Below, one piece after another: positions 25,747-33,823 of a stretch of 64,000 nucleotides of DNA. The DNA is taken from positions 18,904 through 82,903 of the forward strand of contig JAOPVP010000043.1 in assembly GCA_025966135.1 (NCBI GenBank), read 5' to 3'. The position numbers were made by a program, and so were the translations under genes. The stretch comes from Frankiales bacterium (lineage in GTDB: Bacteria > Actinomycetota > Actinomycetes > Mycobacteriales > SCTD01). The notes beneath the pieces are model-generated. The model was not told where the DNA came from and made no database searches. It was given only the letters and a program-made list of their open reading frames with translations. How positions within the stretch are numbered: the stretch's first letter is position 1; each line of letters begins with the position of its first letter.

Positions 25747-27015
25747 ATGAAGACCCTGAGTCGGGTCTCCCGTCGTGCGCTCCTCCGCGCGGGGTCGAGC
25801 GAAGCCGAGTCGCGCGAACCGGCAGGTGACCTCGATGCCGTCCTGCTGGGCGAGAACATGGACATGGCTCACGCGCTTCGAGCCACCGGAGCGCGCGTCA
25901 CGGTCGTCGGTGGGCGGCACACTCCCGCGAGGTTCTCCCGCTACGACTTCCGCTGGCGGGCGGATCCGCGCCCGGGCGATGCGCGGCTCGTGGGTCGACT
26001 CATCGAGCTGGCCGCTGCCCGACCCGCGGCGCTCTTCTACGAGACGGACCGGGACCTGCTGTTCGTCTCCCGGAACCGACATCTGCTGGGCGACGGGCTG
26101 AGGCTCGTGCTTCCTCCCGCCGGCCTCATCGAGCAGCTGGTGGACAAGGGAGCGTTCGAGGCCCTGGCCCAGCGGTTGGACCTCTGCGTCCCGCCGAGCT
26201 GGGTGATCCGCACGGGCCGCCCGCGAAGAGCCCTCGACGTGCAGTTCCCGGTGTTGGTGAAGCCGTGCATGCGGGATGCGCTCTGGGCGGGGAGGGCGCA
26301 TGGGCAGAAGGCCTTCGTCGTGCATGACGCCGCTCAGCTGGATGAGTTCCTCGGGGGGCTGGCCGGGACCTACGACACGGTGGTCGTGCAGACCTACGTT
26401 CCCGGCTCGGAGACACGGGTGGAGAGCTATCACGTCTACATCAACGCAGCGGGCCACATCGCTGCAGAGTTCACCGGACGCAAGATCCGCACCTGTCCGT
26501 CGGAGAACGGCTTCTCGACGGCGCTCATCACCACGGACAGCGCGGATGTCAGGGAGCTCGGCAGGTCGGTCGTACGTGCCCTGAACCTCGTCGGAGTCGC
26601 GAAGCTCGACTTCAAACGAGACCCGGACGGGAAGCTGTGGCTGCTCGAGGTCAACCCCCGGTTCAACCTCTGGCACCGGATCGGGGCCAAGGCAGGCGTC
26701 AACATCCCTCAGATCGTGATGGCCGACCTGTGCGGACGTCCGCGCCCGCCAACGCCCGCCGCGCGTCCCGGGGTCGCTTGGTGTCATGTGCCGAAGGACC
26801 TTCTGGCGGCGCGCGAAGCCGGGCTCACGTGCCGTCAGTGGCTCAGCTGGGCGCGAAAGTGCGACACCACCACGGGTCTCGACGTCACCGACCCGCTTCC
26901 CTTCCTCGCGGGCAGGCTCTGGCCACTCGTCGCGGCAAGGGTCCGACCGACCACCGCGGTCCGTGGTCACGCGAGCCCGCCATCCTCCGACGGCACGCAA
27001 CCGCTTGCAGGCTAA
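25747..27015 (+). CDS. ATP-grasp domain protein (predicted carboxylate-amine ligase, COG3919-like)
   Basis: FPVLVKP, VVVQTYVPG and AKLDFKRDPDGKLWLLEVNPRFNLWH match ATP-grasp core elements. Confidence 0.8.
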   Translation: MKTLSRVSRRALLRAGSSEAESREPAGDLDAVLLGENMDMAHALRATGARVTVVGGRHTPARFSRYDFRWRADPRPGDARLVGRLIELAAARPAALFYETDRDLLFVSRNRHLLGDGLRLVLPPAGLIEQLVDKGAFEALAQRLDLCVPPSWVIRTGRPRRALDVQFPVLVKPCMRDALWAGRAHGQKAFVVHDAAQLDEFLGGLAGTYDTVVVQTYVPGSETRVESYHVYINAAGHIAAEFTGRKIRTCPSENGFSTALITTDSADVRELGRSVVRALNLVGVAKLDFKRDPDGKLWLLEVNPRFNLWHRIGAKAGVNIPQIVMADLCGRPRPPTPAARPGVAWCHVPKDLLAAREAGLTCRQWLSWARKCDTTTGLDVTDPLPFLAGRLWPLVAARVRPTTAVRGHASPPSSDGTQPLAG

Positions 27016-27018
27016 GAC

Positions 27019-27825
27019 ATGCGCTACGCCGTTCTCTCCGACATCCACGCGAACCTGCACGCCCTCCGAGCAGTGCTGACAGCACTTGAAAGCCGCGGTG
27101 TCGAGAGCTACGTGTGCGCCGGTGACATCGTGGGCTATGGACCCTTCCCGAACGAGTGCGTCGAGCTGGTCGCAGGGCTGGGAGCGCAGTGCGTGGCAGG
27201 CAACCATGACCTCATCGCGGCGGGGGCCCTGAGTGAGGCACGTTCCGGCACGCTCGCGCGGCAGACGCTGGCCTGGACCCGTGACGTCATGACGGCACAG
27301 ACGCGCTGCTACCTCGCCGGACTGCCCCGTACCCGCACGTTCGGCGGCCTCCTGGTCGCGCACGGCTCACCGCACGACCCGGAGGAGTACGTGCGCACCC
27401 CCGAGCGGGCGCGTGAGCTGATGAACGAGGTCGCTGACCCGAGGGTGCATGCGCTCGTCCTTGGTCACACCCACCACCAGTGGGCAGTCAGCGCGCGGGA
27501 CGGGCAGCTGCTGCACCGCCATCCCGGCAGCGTCTCGCTGCGACCCGAAGGGCGATACGTGCTCAACCCGGGCAGCGTCGGCCAGTCACGTGACGGCGAC
27601 ACACTGGCTCGGTTCCTCGTCCTCGACACGACCGCGTGGACCGCTGAGTTCTGCACCGTGCAGTACGACGCCATCGCGTCCGCCGGCGCGTTGCGGCGGG
27701 CGGGCCTCCCCGTGCGGAGCCTGCACGCAGGCGACCGGTCGCTGCGAGAAATCGCGCTGGGAGCCCGGCGACGGGTCTCGGGCTGGCGCGGGCGCGTGCC
27801 ACCCCTCAGCGGCCGGCACAGCTAG
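27019..27825 (+). CDS. Metallophosphoesterase (calcineurin-like, YfcE-type)
   Basis: LSDIHAN, GDIVGYGP, GNHD and GHTH motifs; 3 nt after the ATP-grasp stop. Confidence 0.85.
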   Translation: MRYAVLSDIHANLHALRAVLTALESRGVESYVCAGDIVGYGPFPNECVELVAGLGAQCVAGNHDLIAAGALSEARSGTLARQTLAWTRDVMTAQTRCYLAGLPRTRTFGGLLVAHGSPHDPEEYVRTPERARELMNEVADPRVHALVLGHTHHQWAVSARDGQLLHRHPGSVSLRPEGRYVLNPGSVGQSRDGDTLARFLVLDTTAWTAEFCTVQYDAIASAGALRRAGLPVRSLHAGDRSLREIALGARRRVSGWRGRVPPLSGRHS

Positions 27826-27919
27826 CTCGCACTGACGTATCAAGCCCTGTCGCGAAGGGCTCATACGGGGGTCACCTGGGGCCCGCCGCGCGTCGGGCTA
27901 CCGACCGGAGGTTGGGTTC

Positions 27920-29095
27920 GTGGAGTTCGGCTGGAGCGAAGAGCAGTCAGCCCTGCGTGAGCAGGCGGTGCGATTCGGCCGCGAGATGCTCGACGGCGGC
28001 GTCCTCGAGGACGACCTGTCCGGCCGCTTTCCCGCCGAGAAGTGGCGGTTGCTCGCTGACTGGGGCTACTTCGGGCTCGCGGTGCCGGAGGAGCTCGGGG
28101 GACCCGGACTGGACCCCATGACCGGACTGCTCGTCACCGAGGGCTTGGCCGAGGGCTGCCAGGACTTTGGCCTGCTCTTCTCGGCAAGCGTGCAGGCATG
28201 GGTCGTGATCGGCGCGCTGCTCCGCTTCGGCACCGAGGACCAGCTGGACCGGCACCTGCCCGGGCTCGCCGACGGCACGACGGTCGGTGCGCTCGCGATC
28301 ACGGAGCCCGACTGCGGGTCCGATGCCCTGTCCCTCCGCACCACCGCCCGCGAGGTCCACGGCGGCTGGCTCCTCCGAGGTCGCAAGGCGTACGTCACCA
28401 ACGCGCCCATCGCCGATCTGGTGCTCTGCTTCGCGTCCTCCGGGGCAACGCAGCTGCTCGGAGGCATGAGCGCCTTCCTCGTCGAGACGTCGCGCGAAGG
28501 TGTCCACCGCGGCTCGGTCGAGCCGAAGATGGGCCTGCGCACGTCGCCCTTGGGCGAGCTCGGTCTCGATGACGTCTTCGTGCCCACCGGGGAGCTGCTC
28601 GGCAAGCTCGGCCGCGGCGTCGCCGTCTTCCACGACGCGATGGCCTGGGAGCGCACCTGGCTGACCGCCCTGCAGGTCGGGACCCTGCAGCGCCAACTGG
28701 ACGAGACCAGGGCTTACGCGTGCGAGCGCCGGGCCTTCGGCATCCCCATCGCCGGCCACCAGTCGGTGGCCCACCGGATCGTCGACATGCACCTGCGGCT
28801 GGAGTGCGGCCGGTTGCTCGTCTACCGCGCCGCCGCCGCCATCGCCGCCGGTCGCCCGGCGGGGACCGAGGCCGCGCTCGCGAAGCTGTGGATGAGCGAG
28901 AGCGCGCTCGCCAGCAGCCTGGACAGCCTGCAGGTGCACGGCGGCAACGGCTACCTCAGCTGTAGCGGTGTGGAGCGCCAGGTGCGCGACGCCGCAGGCG
29001 GCCAGATCTACTCCGGTACCTCCGAGATGATGCGCAACCTGGTCGCGGACAGCCTCGGTCTGCACGCACGACCCACAACTGTGGCCGTGGAGTGA
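27920..29095 (+). CDS. Acyl-CoA dehydrogenase-family flavoprotein (candidate acyl/aminoacyl-S-carrier-protein dehydrogenase)
   Basis: Full-length ACAD architecture (GALAITEPDCGSD, WITNA-like YVTNAP, C-terminal QIYSGTSEMMRNLVA); GTG start with GGAG 10 nt upstream. Confidence 0.9.
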   Translation: MEFGWSEEQSALREQAVRFGREMLDGGVLEDDLSGRFPAEKWRLLADWGYFGLAVPEELGGPGLDPMTGLLVTEGLAEGCQDFGLLFSASVQAWVVIGALLRFGTEDQLDRHLPGLADGTTVGALAITEPDCGSDALSLRTTAREVHGGWLLRGRKAYVTNAPIADLVLCFASSGATQLLGGMSAFLVETSREGVHRGSVEPKMGLRTSPLGELGLDDVFVPTGELLGKLGRGVAVFHDAMAWERTWLTALQVGTLQRQLDETRAYACERRAFGIPIAGHQSVAHRIVDMHLRLECGRLLVYRAAAAIAAGRPAGTEAALAKLWMSESALASSLDSLQVHGGNGYLSCSGVERQVRDAAGGQIYSGTSEMMRNLVADSLGLHARPTTVAVE

Positions 29096-29099
29096 CGGG

Positions 29100-30650
29100 G
29101 TGGCCTTCCGCGTCGAGCACCTGCTGAGGGACGCAGCGGCTGCCCGGCCTCTGGCGACGGCCCTGCGTGCCGGGGACGCCGAGGTCACGTGGGCCGAGCT
29201 CGACGCCGCCTCCGACCGCGTCGCCAGCTGCCTGGTGGGCCAGGGCATCGGTGTCGGGGACCGGGTGGGCCTCTACCTCGACAAGGGCGTGGAGGCCGTC
29301 GCCGCGCTCTACGGCACGATGCGCGCCGGCGCAGCGTATGTCCCCATCGATCCTGATGGCCCCGTGGTACGCGCGGCTGCGATCGCGACCGACTGCGCGC
29401 TTGCGGCGATCATCTCGGACCCCAGGCGGGTCGCGGCGCTCCGGGCGGTCGCCCCGGCGGCGGCGCCCGGCGGCATCGTGTGCGGCGACGCCATCGAGGG
29501 GTTCGTCTCCTGGACGCAGGTCCAGGAGAGCCAGCCCCGGGAGCCTGCGCGCCCGGTCGTAGAGACGGACCTGGCGTACGTCCTGTACACGTCCGGCTCC
29601 ACCGGACGGCCGAAGGGCGTGGCGATCACCCACCGCAACGCGCTCACCTTCGTGAGCTGGGCACGCGACGTGCTCGGGCTCCAACCTGACGACGTGCTGT
29701 CCAATCACGCGCCGCTCCACTTCGACCTGTCGACGCTCGATCTGTTCGGCGCAGCGTCGGTCGGCGCAACCACGTGTCTGGTGCCCGAGGCGGCCGCCAG
29801 CTTCCCGGCGCAGCTGGCCCGTTGGATCGACGACTCGGGAATCACGGTCTGGTACTCCGTGCCCACGGCGCTGTCCATGCTGGTGCGCTACGGCAACCTG
29901 GCGTCGGTTCCCTTCTCCGCCCTCCGGCTCGTCCTGTTCGCAGGCGAGGTCTTCCCCAACCGTTACCTGTCCGAGTTGATGCGTCTTGTTCCAGATCCCC
30001 GGTACTTCAACCTGTTCGGTCCGACAGAGAGCAACGTCTGCACCTACTACGAGGTCACCGAGCCGCCGACCCTGCACAGCTGCCTCCCGATCGGTACGGC
30101 CTGCGCCAATAGCCGGTGCGAGGTCGTGGACGAGGCGGGCGTCGTACGCCACGGCATCGGCGTACAGGGCGAGCTGGTTGTCACGGGCCCAGGGGTGGCG
30201 CAGGGCTACTGGGGCAACCCCGAGCTGACCGCGGAGCGCTTTCCGGCTCCCCACACCTACCGCACCGGCGATGTCGTCGAGGTCATGGACGACTCCCACA
30301 ACCCGTCCTTCCGCTTCCTCGGTCGTCGGGACCAGCTCGTGAAGACCCGCGGGTACCGGGTGGAGCTCGGCGAGGTCGAAGCGGCGCTGTACGCCCACCC
30401 GCATGTTCGCGAGTGCGTCGCGGTGCCTGTCCCCGACGAGGCCGTCGGCAACCGCATCCTTGCGTTCTGCGCCCCGGCGGGCACCGTGTCCGAGGGGGAC
30501 CTGGCTGAGGCGTGTCGAGGGCGCTTGCCCGCCTACATGGTTCCGGAGCGGATCGTCTTCGTGGACGCCCTCCCCACGACACCGAACGGCAAGTACGACC
30601 GGAAGCGGCTGGCGGAGAGTGCCGCTGGTCTGACAGGAGTGTCCAGGTGA
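29100..30650 (+). CDS. Stand-alone amino-acid adenylation enzyme (ANL superfamily, NRPS A-domain type)
   Basis: Core motifs MRAGAAYVPID, LAYVLYTSGSTGRPKGV, FDLS, NLFGPTE, GELVVTGPGVAQGYWGNPELT, YRTGD, GRRDQLVKTRGYRVELGEVE, LPAYMVP and NGKYDRKRL. Confidence 0.9.
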   Translation: MAFRVEHLLRDAAAARPLATALRAGDAEVTWAELDAASDRVASCLVGQGIGVGDRVGLYLDKGVEAVAALYGTMRAGAAYVPIDPDGPVVRAAAIATDCALAAIISDPRRVAALRAVAPAAAPGGIVCGDAIEGFVSWTQVQESQPREPARPVVETDLAYVLYTSGSTGRPKGVAITHRNALTFVSWARDVLGLQPDDVLSNHAPLHFDLSTLDLFGAASVGATTCLVPEAAASFPAQLARWIDDSGITVWYSVPTALSMLVRYGNLASVPFSALRLVLFAGEVFPNRYLSELMRLVPDPRYFNLFGPTESNVCTYYEVTEPPTLHSCLPIGTACANSRCEVVDEAGVVRHGIGVQGELVVTGPGVAQGYWGNPELTAERFPAPHTYRTGDVVEVMDDSHNPSFRFLGRRDQLVKTRGYRVELGEVEAALYAHPHVRECVAVPVPDEAVGNRILAFCAPAGTVSEGDLAEACRGRLPAYMVPERIVFVDALPTTPNGKYDRKRLAESAAGLTGVSR

Positions 30651-30913
30651 AGGACCACCAGGAGCAGACGCCGGTGGACGCGGTCAGGCAGGTGCTGTCC
30701 TCCGTGGTGGGTGCGAACCGCGTGCAGCAGGTGCGCGACGACGACCTCATCTTCGAGCACCGGGTCATCGACTCACTGCACGTGGTCGAGTTCGTGGAGA
30801 GGATCGAGACGACCTTCGGTCTCGAGGTGGACGGCGCCGACCTCACCTCGGAGAACTTCTCCTCGCTACAAGCGATCGCGCGGTTCGTCGAGGCCCGGCA
30901 GGCGGTGTCGTGA
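30647..30913 (+). CDS. Acyl/peptidyl carrier protein (88 aa)
   Basis: GTGA overlap with the adenylation gene; VIDSLHVVEFVERIETTFG carries the phosphopantetheinyl-Ser motif. Confidence 0.8.
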   Translation: MKDHQEQTPVDAVRQVLSSVVGANRVQQVRDDDLIFEHRVIDSLHVVEFVERIETTFGLEVDGADLTSENFSSLQAIARFVEARQAVS

Positions 30914-31692
30914 CGCGGGGGGAGGCCGAGCGGAGTCGGTGCTCCACCCTCCTGGCCAAGGCGCGCAAGGTCGGAGGGGCGATGCTGCGGAGGCTCGTCT
31001 GCATCCACACGATTGATGTCGTGGGGCGCTCTACGGCGACGGCTCCTCCCACCGTGCGCTGCGACCCGCAGCTCGTCCTGCACCAGGTGACGAGCCTCGA
31101 CAGCGTCGTTGGAGCTGCCCCTGGGCAGCGTGACTGGCCGATCATCGACCTGGTGGCACGGATCCGACCCCTCGGCCGGCGGTTGCGCGCCCGCCGCAGG
31201 GAGCGGAACGCCGAGCGGCTTGCGAAGGGCGACCTGGCCTACGTGGCCACGGCTGGCGCGGACGTGGCGGCGTGGATCTGGGTCAGCCGTGAGCCGTCGG
31301 TCCACTGCCGCTGGAGCGGGCTGCACTTCTCCCTGGAGCCCGACGAGGCCTACATCTACGACCTGTGGTCCTTCCCTGCTCATCGAGCGACGGGTGCCGG
31401 CGCCTTCGTCATGCAGGGCCTGCTCGAGGACCTGCGCCGCCGCGGCGAGGTCAGCAGGGTCTACGGCTACATCCTGCGGGACAACCGACCCAACCAGGTG
31501 CTGACCCGCGTCGTCTTCGGCTTCGAGCAGGTGCAGCGCGTCAAGGACCTGCGCGTCCTGAGCCGGCTGGCGTGGCAGCTGCCCTTCACCGAGGACCCCC
31601 GCGTCGGGCCGTGCTCGCGTCCGCCCCTGGCCTCCCGACGGCGACCACGTGGCGGCGCGGTGTACTCGGCGGATTCTGCGCGCCTGTCCTGA
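30910..31692 (+). CDS. GNAT-fold acyltransferase-like protein
   Basis: GTGA overlap with the carrier protein gene. IYDLWSFPAHRATGAGAFVMQGLLEDLRRRG resembles GNAT motif A (R/Q-x-x-G-x-G/A), followed by RDNRPNQVLTRVVFGFE. Confidence 0.55.
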   Translation: MTRGEAERSRCSTLLAKARKVGGAMLRRLVCIHTIDVVGRSTATAPPTVRCDPQLVLHQVTSLDSVVGAAPGQRDWPIIDLVARIRPLGRRLRARRRERNAERLAKGDLAYVATAGADVAAWIWVSREPSVHCRWSGLHFSLEPDEAYIYDLWSFPAHRATGAGAFVMQGLLEDLRRRGEVSRVYGYILRDNRPNQVLTRVVFGFEQVQRVKDLRVLSRLAWQLPFTEDPRVGPCSRPPLASRRRPRGGAVYSADSARLS

Positions 31693-31796
31693 AGCGGGCC
31701 GGAGGCTCCTCGAACGGTGTGACCTGGCTCACTTACCGGCGGTAACACCTGGTCGGTAGGCTGATCGTCCGCAACACCCCCGAGACAGGAGCGCCG

Positions 31797-33089
31797 GTGC
31801 TGGACCCCCAGGTGGCCGCCGACGGCGGTCGACCGCTCCGCATCGTCCTCCTGTCCTATCGGAGCAAACCGCACTGCGGCGGGCAGGGCGTCTATGTCCG
31901 CCACCTCTCCCGCGAGCTGGCAGTCCTCGGCCACGAGGTCGAGGTGCTCAGCGGACCGCCGTACCCGGAGCTGGATCCCGGGGTGACGCTGACGGTGATC
32001 CCGTCGCTGGACCTGTACCGCGAGCCCGACCCATTCCGGGTGCCGTGGCCCAAGGAGTTCAAGACCTCCATCGACGTGCTGGAGTTCGCCCTCATGTGCA
32101 CGGCGGCGTTCCCCGAGCCGCTGACGTTCAGCTTGCGCGCGCACCGCGAGCTGCGTCGTCGCACGGTCATGCCGGACGTCATCCACGACAACCAGACGCT
32201 CGGCTACGGGATGCTCCGGATGCAGCGCGACGGGATGCCGATCATCGCCAACGTCCACCATCCGATCACGGTGGACAGGACCCTCGACCTGGCTGCGGCG
32301 CCGTTGCGTAAGAAGTTCTCGACCCGGCGCTGGTACTCCTTCCTGCGCATGCAGAGGCGCGTCATCCAGCGGATGCCCACCCTCGTCACGGTCAGTGAGA
32401 ACTCCCACGACGACATCGTGCGCGACTTCGGCGTCGACCCGGCGAAGATGCGCGTCATCCCCGTCGGGGTGGAGCACGACGTGTTCGTCCCCCCGGCACT
32501 GCCGCGCGTGCCGGGGCGCATCGTCGCCACGGCCAGCGCCGACGTCCCGCTCAAGGGCATCGTCCCGCTGCTCGAGGCGGTGGCGAAGCTCCGCACCGAG
32601 CGTGATGTCGAGCTCGTCGTGGTCGGGAGGGCCAAGGAGGGCGGCGCCGCGGCGCGCACGATCGAGCGCCTGGGGCTCGAGGACTCGGTGCGGTTCGTCA
32701 CCGGGGTCAGTGAGGCCGAGCTCGTGCAGGTCTTCGGCTCCGCCCACGTAGGGGTGGTGCCGTCGCTCTACGAGGGCTTCAGCCTCCCGGCGATCGAGCT
32801 GATGGCCTGCGCGACGCCGCTCGTGGCCACCACCGCCGGGGCCCTGCCCGAGGTGGTGGGCGACGCCGCCCTCACCGTCCCGCCGGGTGACACCGAGGCG
32901 CTGGCCGCCGCCATCGCGCGGGTGCTCGACGACGACGACCTGGCGGCTGCGCTCGGCGCTGCCGGGCGCGAGCGGGTCATGGCGAACTACACCTGGACCT
33001 CGGTCGCCGAGCAGACCGTGCAGTGGTACCGCGACTACCTCGGCGAGGCCGTCCCTGCCTCCCCGCAGCCCAAACAGAAGGGGGCCTAG
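31797..33089 (+). CDS. Glycosyltransferase family 4 (GT-B fold)
   Basis: LRIVLLSYRSKPHCGGQGVYVRHLSRELAVLGHEV N-terminus and PSLYEGFSLPAIELMACATPLVAT motif; GTG start with AGGAG upstream. Confidence 0.85.
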   Translation: MLDPQVAADGGRPLRIVLLSYRSKPHCGGQGVYVRHLSRELAVLGHEVEVLSGPPYPELDPGVTLTVIPSLDLYREPDPFRVPWPKEFKTSIDVLEFALMCTAAFPEPLTFSLRAHRELRRRTVMPDVIHDNQTLGYGMLRMQRDGMPIIANVHHPITVDRTLDLAAAPLRKKFSTRRWYSFLRMQRRVIQRMPTLVTVSENSHDDIVRDFGVDPAKMRVIPVGVEHDVFVPPALPRVPGRIVATASADVPLKGIVPLLEAVAKLRTERDVELVVVGRAKEGGAAARTIERLGLEDSVRFVTGVSEAELVQVFGSAHVGVVPSLYEGFSLPAIELMACATPLVATTAGALPEVVGDAALTVPPGDTEALAAAIARVLDDDDLAAALGAAGRERVMANYTWTSVAEQTVQWYRDYLGEAVPASPQPKQKGA

Positions 33090-33823
33090 TGCTCACGGTC
33101 GACTTCGAGCAGTTCCCGGTCGGCCCCGGGGACCGCGTCCTCGATATGGGCTGCGGCGGTGGGCGGCACGCGTTCGCGCTCTACCGCCGCGGCGCCGACG
33201 TGGTCGCGTTGGACATGAGCCAGAAGGACCTTCTCGAGGTCGAGACGATGTTCCGCGCGATGGAGCTCGAGGGCGAGGTACCGGCAGGCGCCAGTGCCAC
33301 GGCGGTGCGCGCAAACGCCTACGCGTTGCCGTTCGAGGACGCCTCCTTCGACCGGATCATCGCCGCGGAGGTCCTGGAGCACCTGCCTGCGGACACCGAC
33401 GCGATGGCCGAGCTCACCCGGGTCCTCAAGCCGGGCGGCCTCATTGCCGTCACCGTCCCGCGGTGGTTGCCCGAGAAGGTCTGCTGGGCGTTGTCCGACG
33501 ACTACCACGAGGTCGAGGGCGGGCACGTCCGGATCTACAAGGGCTCCCAGCTGCGGACCCGCCTCGAGAGGACCGGCCTGGTCCACCAGGGCGGGCACCA
33601 CGCGCACGGGTTGCACGCGCCGTACTGGTGGCTCAAATGCGCCGTCGGCGTGACCAACGACAAGAACCCCCTCGTGCGGGCGTACCACTCGTTGCTCGTG
33701 TGGGACATGGTCAAGCAACCGCTCGTGACCCGCGTCGCCGAGAAGGTGCTGCAGCCGCTGGTCGGGAAGTCCCTGGTCGTCTACCTGCGCAAGCCGACGA
33801 AGAGTGCCAGTGCGGCGGCCTGA
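33089..33823 (+). CDS. Class I SAM-dependent methyltransferase (Methyltransf_11 type)
   Basis: VLDMGCGGGRHAF, FDRIIAAEVLEHL and LKPGGLIAVTVP; GTG 33089 overlaps the upstream TAG by 1 nt. Confidence 0.85.
   Translation: MLTVDFEQFPVGPGDRVLDMGCGGGRHAFALYRRGADVVALDMSQKDLLEVETMFRAMELEGEVPAGASATAVRANAYALPFEDASFDRIIAAEVLEHLPADTDAMAELTRVLKPGGLIAVTVPRWLPEKVCWALSDDYHEVEGGHVRIYKGSQLRTRLERTGLVHQGGHHAHGLHAPYWWLKCAVGVTNDKNPLVRAYHSLLVWDMVKQPLVTRVAEKVLQPLVGKSLVVYLRKPTKSASAAA

Noticed and set aside
25552-27363. 603-aa minus-strand ORF opposite the ATP-grasp and phosphoesterase genes
   Set aside because: It is a shadow ORF. The plus-strand products carry clear family motifs and this one has none.
29100-30913. 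The adenylation enzyme and carrier protein as a DltA/DltC D-alanylation system
   Set aside because: - No DltB (MBOAT) or DltD partner is present.
- An ACAD-family gene is coupled immediately upstream.
- The hand-derived code matches my recollection of Pro-activating pyrrole enzymes.
- D-Ala or another amino acid remains a formal alternative until the code is checked computationally.
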